64,000 bases of DNA. Origin: Candidatus Latescibacterota bacterium. Lineage in GTDB: Bacteria; Latescibacterota; UBA2968; UBA8231. Position 1 is the first letter of the stretch. The number at the start of each line of letters is the position of its first letter. The translations under genes and the position numbers were made by a program. The notes under the pieces are model-generated. The model did not search any database, was not told where the DNA came from, and worked only from the letters and a program-made list of their open reading frames with translations. Shown here piece after piece: positions 60,476-64,000 of this stretch. The DNA is taken from assembly GCA_965197905.1 (NCBI GenBank), contig CBDAOB010000004.1:32001-96000 (forward strand). Direction: 5' to 3'.

Positions 60476-61266
60476 TTCTCGGTGTTGTCTGCATGCTTCT
60501 CCTCGCCGTCGGCGCAGCCGCCACCGAACCGATCGATCTGGACGAGGTGGCCTGCGCGCTCTGTCATTTCGAACAGGGAGACGAGTTCAGTGAAAGCGTT
60601 CACTATCAACGCGGATTAATCCTTTGCAACGACTGCCACGGCGGCTTGCCATTCGAAACCGACGACGCCATTGCAAAAGCGCAAGGGACCGGTTATATCG
60701 GCAAACCGTCCCGCGAACAGATCGCCGGAGTGTGCGCCTCGTGCCACACGGCGTCGGAGAATCATTTCGCCACCGGCCCCCACGGCAACTGGACGGTGCG
60801 GGACAATCCCACTTGCGTCACCTGCCATCACAACCACCGCGTGTTAGAAGCGTCCGCCGCACTTCTCGAATCCAAGTGCACCCTATGTCACACAACCGAC
60901 AGTGATGCGCTGGAACGCTGGCACCGCATGGTCGAAGCCCTGCAAGTGCAACGGCAAAGGGTTGCCTCCCTGCAGTCGCGGCTCGACACCCTGGCGCCTG
61001 AGGTGCGAGCGGTGCGACGTGCCCTACCAATGATCGGGATCGCTTACGCCTCACTGCGGGACGCCGAACCTGCTACCCACGCCATGAACGCCTATCTGAT
61101 TGAGGAAAAGGTCGAGGAGTCACAACGGGAGTTGCAGAAGGCGGAACAACACATCGCCGACCACGTTGCGGATCTACGTCAACGAGAGTGGATCGTGGGG
61201 GGCGTGTGGCTTTTCGTCGCGATCAACGTGGCGCTGTTGTGGATTCGTCGTAGGTCGGGGAAGTAG
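60472..61266 (+). CDS. Membrane-anchored pentaheme cytochrome c
   Basis: Five CxxCH motifs (CALCH, CNDCH, CASCH, CVTCH, CTLCH), signal peptide and C-terminal TM helix. Confidence 0.9.
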   Translation: MILGVVCMLLLAVGAAATEPIDLDEVACALCHFEQGDEFSESVHYQRGLILCNDCHGGLPFETDDAIAKAQGTGYIGKPSREQIAGVCASCHTASENHFATGPHGNWTVRDNPTCVTCHHNHRVLEASAALLESKCTLCHTTDSDALERWHRMVEALQVQRQRVASLQSRLDTLAPEVRAVRRALPMIGIAYASLRDAEPATHAMNAYLIEEKVEESQRELQKAEQHIADHVADLRQREWIVGGVWLFVAINVALLWIRRRSGK

Positions 61267-61271
61267 CCGGC

Positions 61272-62030
61272 TTACGACGGTTGGTCCCAAGCCGCCGTTA
61301 CGAGCCTGGGTAAGATCACCCCTGCCGGTCCTGTCAGGACGTGGTCTGCCGCGGCAGAGAGGGGGGTTGGTTCCAGGTTTACCTCGACGACCTTCGCGTC
61401 ATTGCGTTTTGCCTCATAGGGCAACGCTGCTGCAGGTTGCACCAACGAGGAGGTGCCAACGCTGAACAGCAGGTCGCATCTGCGGGCCGCATCGAAAGCT
61501 GCCTGAAGAATATCTTCAGGCAGAGACTCGCCGAACCAGACCACGTCGGGCCGAAGCGGTCCTCCGCACCTAGGGCACGGTGGCGGCATCTCTTCGCCTT
61601 CCTTCCAGTCGCTCACGATTTCGTTTTCACGGAAACATTTGACCCGACCGATGTTTCCGTGTAGTTCCAGCACGTGCTCGTTGCCGGCGCGGGTGTGCAG
61701 TCCGTCGACGTTCTGGGTGATCAGGGTGAAAGCGGCCGATCGACGCTCCATTTGGGCGAGTGCTCGATGGCCGGCATTTGGTGCTGCTTTTGAAAGCAAC
61801 TCTCGACGCCAGGCGTACCAGTTCCAGACCAGCTCGGGCTCGCGCTCGAACGCAGCCGTTGTAGCCAGGTCCTCGGGATCGTACTGCTGCCACAGCCCTG
61901 ATTGCGCGTCGCGAAAGGTGGGAATCCCGCTTTCGGCTGAGATCCCGGCCCCGGTGAGGACTACGACCCGATCGGCGTCGCACAAGAGACGCCCGAGGGC
62001 GGGTGGGATTTCAGCAGCTGGATCACGCAT
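61272..62030 (-). CDS. cobB: NAD-dependent protein deacylase (sirtuin)
   Basis: GAGISAESGIPTFR, TQNVDGLH, ELHGN, RPDVVWFGE and GTS. Confidence 0.96.
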   Translation of the reverse strand: MRDPAAEIPPALGRLLCDADRVVVLTGAGISAESGIPTFRDAQSGLWQQYDPEDLATTAAFEREPELVWNWYAWRRELLSKAAPNAGHRALAQMERRSAAFTLITQNVDGLHTRAGNEHVLELHGNIGRVKCFRENEIVSDWKEGEEMPPPCPRCGGPLRPDVVWFGESLPEDILQAAFDAARRCDLLFSVGTSSLVQPAAALPYEAKRNDAKVVEVNLEPTPLSAAADHVLTGPAGVILPRLVTAAWDQPS

Positions 62031-62130
62031 GGTCAGCCGAGCTTGTTCGTTGAATTTTCCATGAGTATACTACGCTCTCCGAAGCATTCATCCGCCGCGC
62101 TGGCGGAAACACCGCGTTCGCCGTTCAACG

Positions 62131-62676
62131 ATGATCCCCCTGCGAAAAGTTGAGATAAGGCGTCTCTACAAAGAAGCGATCCAGAAGTACCGACTTCAAG
62201 CCAAGATCGCTTTTTTGCTGCAAAGCCTGGATGATCCGTTGAACGTCGGTTCCATGTTCCGCATTGCCGATGCCTGCGGTGCGTCTGAGCTCATCCTCGC
62301 CGGCCGTACCCCGGCGCCGCCGCACGAAGAGATCGATCGCACTTCGCGGGGCCATGAACGGCGCGTCCCTTGGCGACATATCCCACAGATAGCCGAGGCT
62401 GCGGCCATTGCTAAAGACGATGGTTATCACCTGGTGGCGTTGGAGACGGCACAGGGCGCGAAATGCTATCTGGAGTATGAGTTTCCCAGGAAGATATGCC
62501 TGGTTCTCGGCAACGAGAGCAAAGGGGTCTATCCCTCAACCCTCACCCACTGCGACGGCGCGGTGTTCATTCCCATGTACGGCAAGGGTCCCTCACTGAA
62601 TGTTCACGTCGCAGCCGCTCTGGTCGCGTATCAGGCGGCGCTGGGCGGTGGGTGCGGGGGAAGTGTCGATCGATGA
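62131..62676 (+). CDS. TrmH/SpoU family RNA methyltransferase
   Basis: DPLNVGSMFR, LVLGNESKGV and IPMYGKGPSLNV. Confidence 0.9.
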   Translation: MIPLRKVEIRRLYKEAIQKYRLQAKIAFLLQSLDDPLNVGSMFRIADACGASELILAGRTPAPPHEEIDRTSRGHERRVPWRHIPQIAEAAAIAKDDGYHLVALETAQGAKCYLEYEFPRKICLVLGNESKGVYPSTLTHCDGAVFIPMYGKGPSLNVHVAAALVAYQAALGGGCGGSVDR

Positions 62677-64000
62677 ATGTCTCACAGCTGCTGACGAAGT
62701 CGGCTCGAGCCTACCCCGATCGAGACGCCCTGATTTTCGGTTCTCAGCGCTGGAGCTATGTGGAATTCGAAGCGCGAGTGAACCAGCTGGCCAACGGATT
62801 GATCGGGCTGGGTCTGCAACCCGGGTCCCACGTCGCCTTGCTCATGTACAACTGTCCGCAGATGATGGAAGCCCTCTTTGCCTGCTTCAAAGCAGGATGT
62901 GCCGCGGTGCCGATCAATTTTCGGCTCCACCCCAATGAGTACGCCTACGTCATCGATCATTCGGAAGCTGAGGTCTTGGTGACGTCGCCGGAGTTTTCCG
63001 CGGTGATCGCTGAGATGGCGGCTGATATTCCCCGCTGTCGCCACCTCGTGTCCCTGGATCCAGCGGTAAAGGGACATCTCTTTTTCGACGAGCTTGTAGA
63101 CCGGCAGCCAACCTCCTTCGCGGATTACGAGGCGATGCCCGACGATGTGGCCTGGCTGTTCTACACCTCGGGAACCACCGGCCGCTCAAAAGGTGCCATG
63201 CTGACCCAACGCAACCTGATGGCTATGACCATGAGTTTCTACACCGGCATGTGTCCGGGCTTTTCCAATCGCGAGGCGGTACTTCATGCTGCGCCTCTCT
63301 CCCATGGCAGCGGTTTGTACGCGCTCCCGAACGTGGGCATGGCCGCCACCAATGTGATTCTCGAGCAAAGGTCGTTTGCTGCGTCTGTCGTTCTGCGATC
63401 GATAGAAGAGCATGCCATTACCAACATGTTTGTCGCCCCCACCATGCTGAAGCTGTTGGTGGATGATCCGCAGCTGAGTGCTTGCGACTTGACCAGCATG
63501 CGATCGTTTATCTACGGGGGTGGGCCGATGATGGTGGACGATCTGGTCAAAGCGATGGAACGACTCGGTAACCGCTTGGTGCAACTATACGGCCAGGGAG
63601 AATCCCCGATGACCATCACCTTTCTTTCCCACGATGATCACGTGTTAAACGGTGACGAAAAACAGACGCGGAGATTGGCGTCTGCGGGCAAGCCACATCC
63701 GAATCTAGAGATACGGATCGTGGACGAGGATGACAACGGACTCGCGTCCGGTGCCATGGGGGAAATTGTGACGCGGTCAGATCTGGTCATGAAGGGATAC
63801 TGGCGCGACGAGGAGGCGACCAGCGCCAGTCTCAAGAACGGCTGGCTGCATACCGGGGATATGGGGTACCTGGACGACCGTGGATATCTCTTCATTATGG
63901 ATCGCTCGAAGGACATGATCATCAGCGGCGGAGAAAACATTTACCCGCGGGAAATAGAAGAGGTAATCAGCACCATGCCAGGAGTGCGTGAGGTTGCGGT
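62673..64000 (+). CDS. AMP-dependent acyl-CoA synthetase, runs off the window
   Basis: Not in the ORF track. Manual translation gives MNVSQLLTKS..., FYTSGTTGRSKG, YGQGE, GWLHTGD and DRSKDMIISGGENIYPREIE. Confidence 0.93.
   Translation, partial: MNVSQLLTKSARAYPDRDALIFGSQRWSYVEFEARVNQLANGLIGLGLQPGSHVALLMYNCPQMMEALFACFKAGCAAVPINFRLHPNEYAYVIDHSEAEVLVTSPEFSAVIAEMAADIPRCRHLVSLDPAVKGHLFFDELVDRQPTSFADYEAMPDDVAWLFYTSGTTGRSKGAMLTQRNLMAMTMSFYTGMCPGFSNREAVLHAAPLSHGSGLYALPNVGMAATNVILEQRSFAASVVLRSIEEHAITNMFVAPTMLKLLVDDPQLSACDLTSMRSFIYGGGPMMVDDLVKAMERLGNRLVQLYGQGESPMTITFLSHDDHVLNGDEKQTRRLASAGKPHPNLEIRIVDEDDNGLASGAMGEIVTRSDLVMKGYWRDEEATSASLKNGWLHTGDMGYLDDRGYLFIMDRSKDMIISGGENIYPREIEEVISTMPGVREVA

Overview
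The window has two parts. Bases 1-17917 are the right end of a mosaic genomic island. It carries the start of a type I-G (I-U) cas operon (csb1/cas7, csb2), decayed phage and IS1595 fragments, and a broken dockerin/M8 peptidase gene. It also holds an intact three-gene cassette ending in an MBL-fold hydrolase and a capsid-less satellite-like element (integrase, AlpA, primase, helicase) that ends at a tRNA-Ser-like att site. Bases 17929-64000 are core chromosome: tRNA-Ala, long SRP RNA, dnaX-recR-pgsA-pgpA-recA-recX-alaS-GGGP synthase-PHP phosphatase-ptsH-ptsI-NTP transferase-metK, degP, a cyclase, dgoD, hemH, a cusCBA-copA copper cluster, a Rieske/cytochrome b/pentaheme complex, cobB and others. 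The host is probably an FCB-group bacterium such as Latescibacterota (inference). The best finding is a degenerate CRISPR mini-array lying divergently upstream of csb1. Positions 1-5 and 7-11 of its first spacer match a site with a TTG PAM in the cas promoter region. That is the pattern expected of a crRNA-like autoregulator (CreR/CreA-like), here in a type I-G system. All family assignments come from motif recognition by eye; no searches were run.
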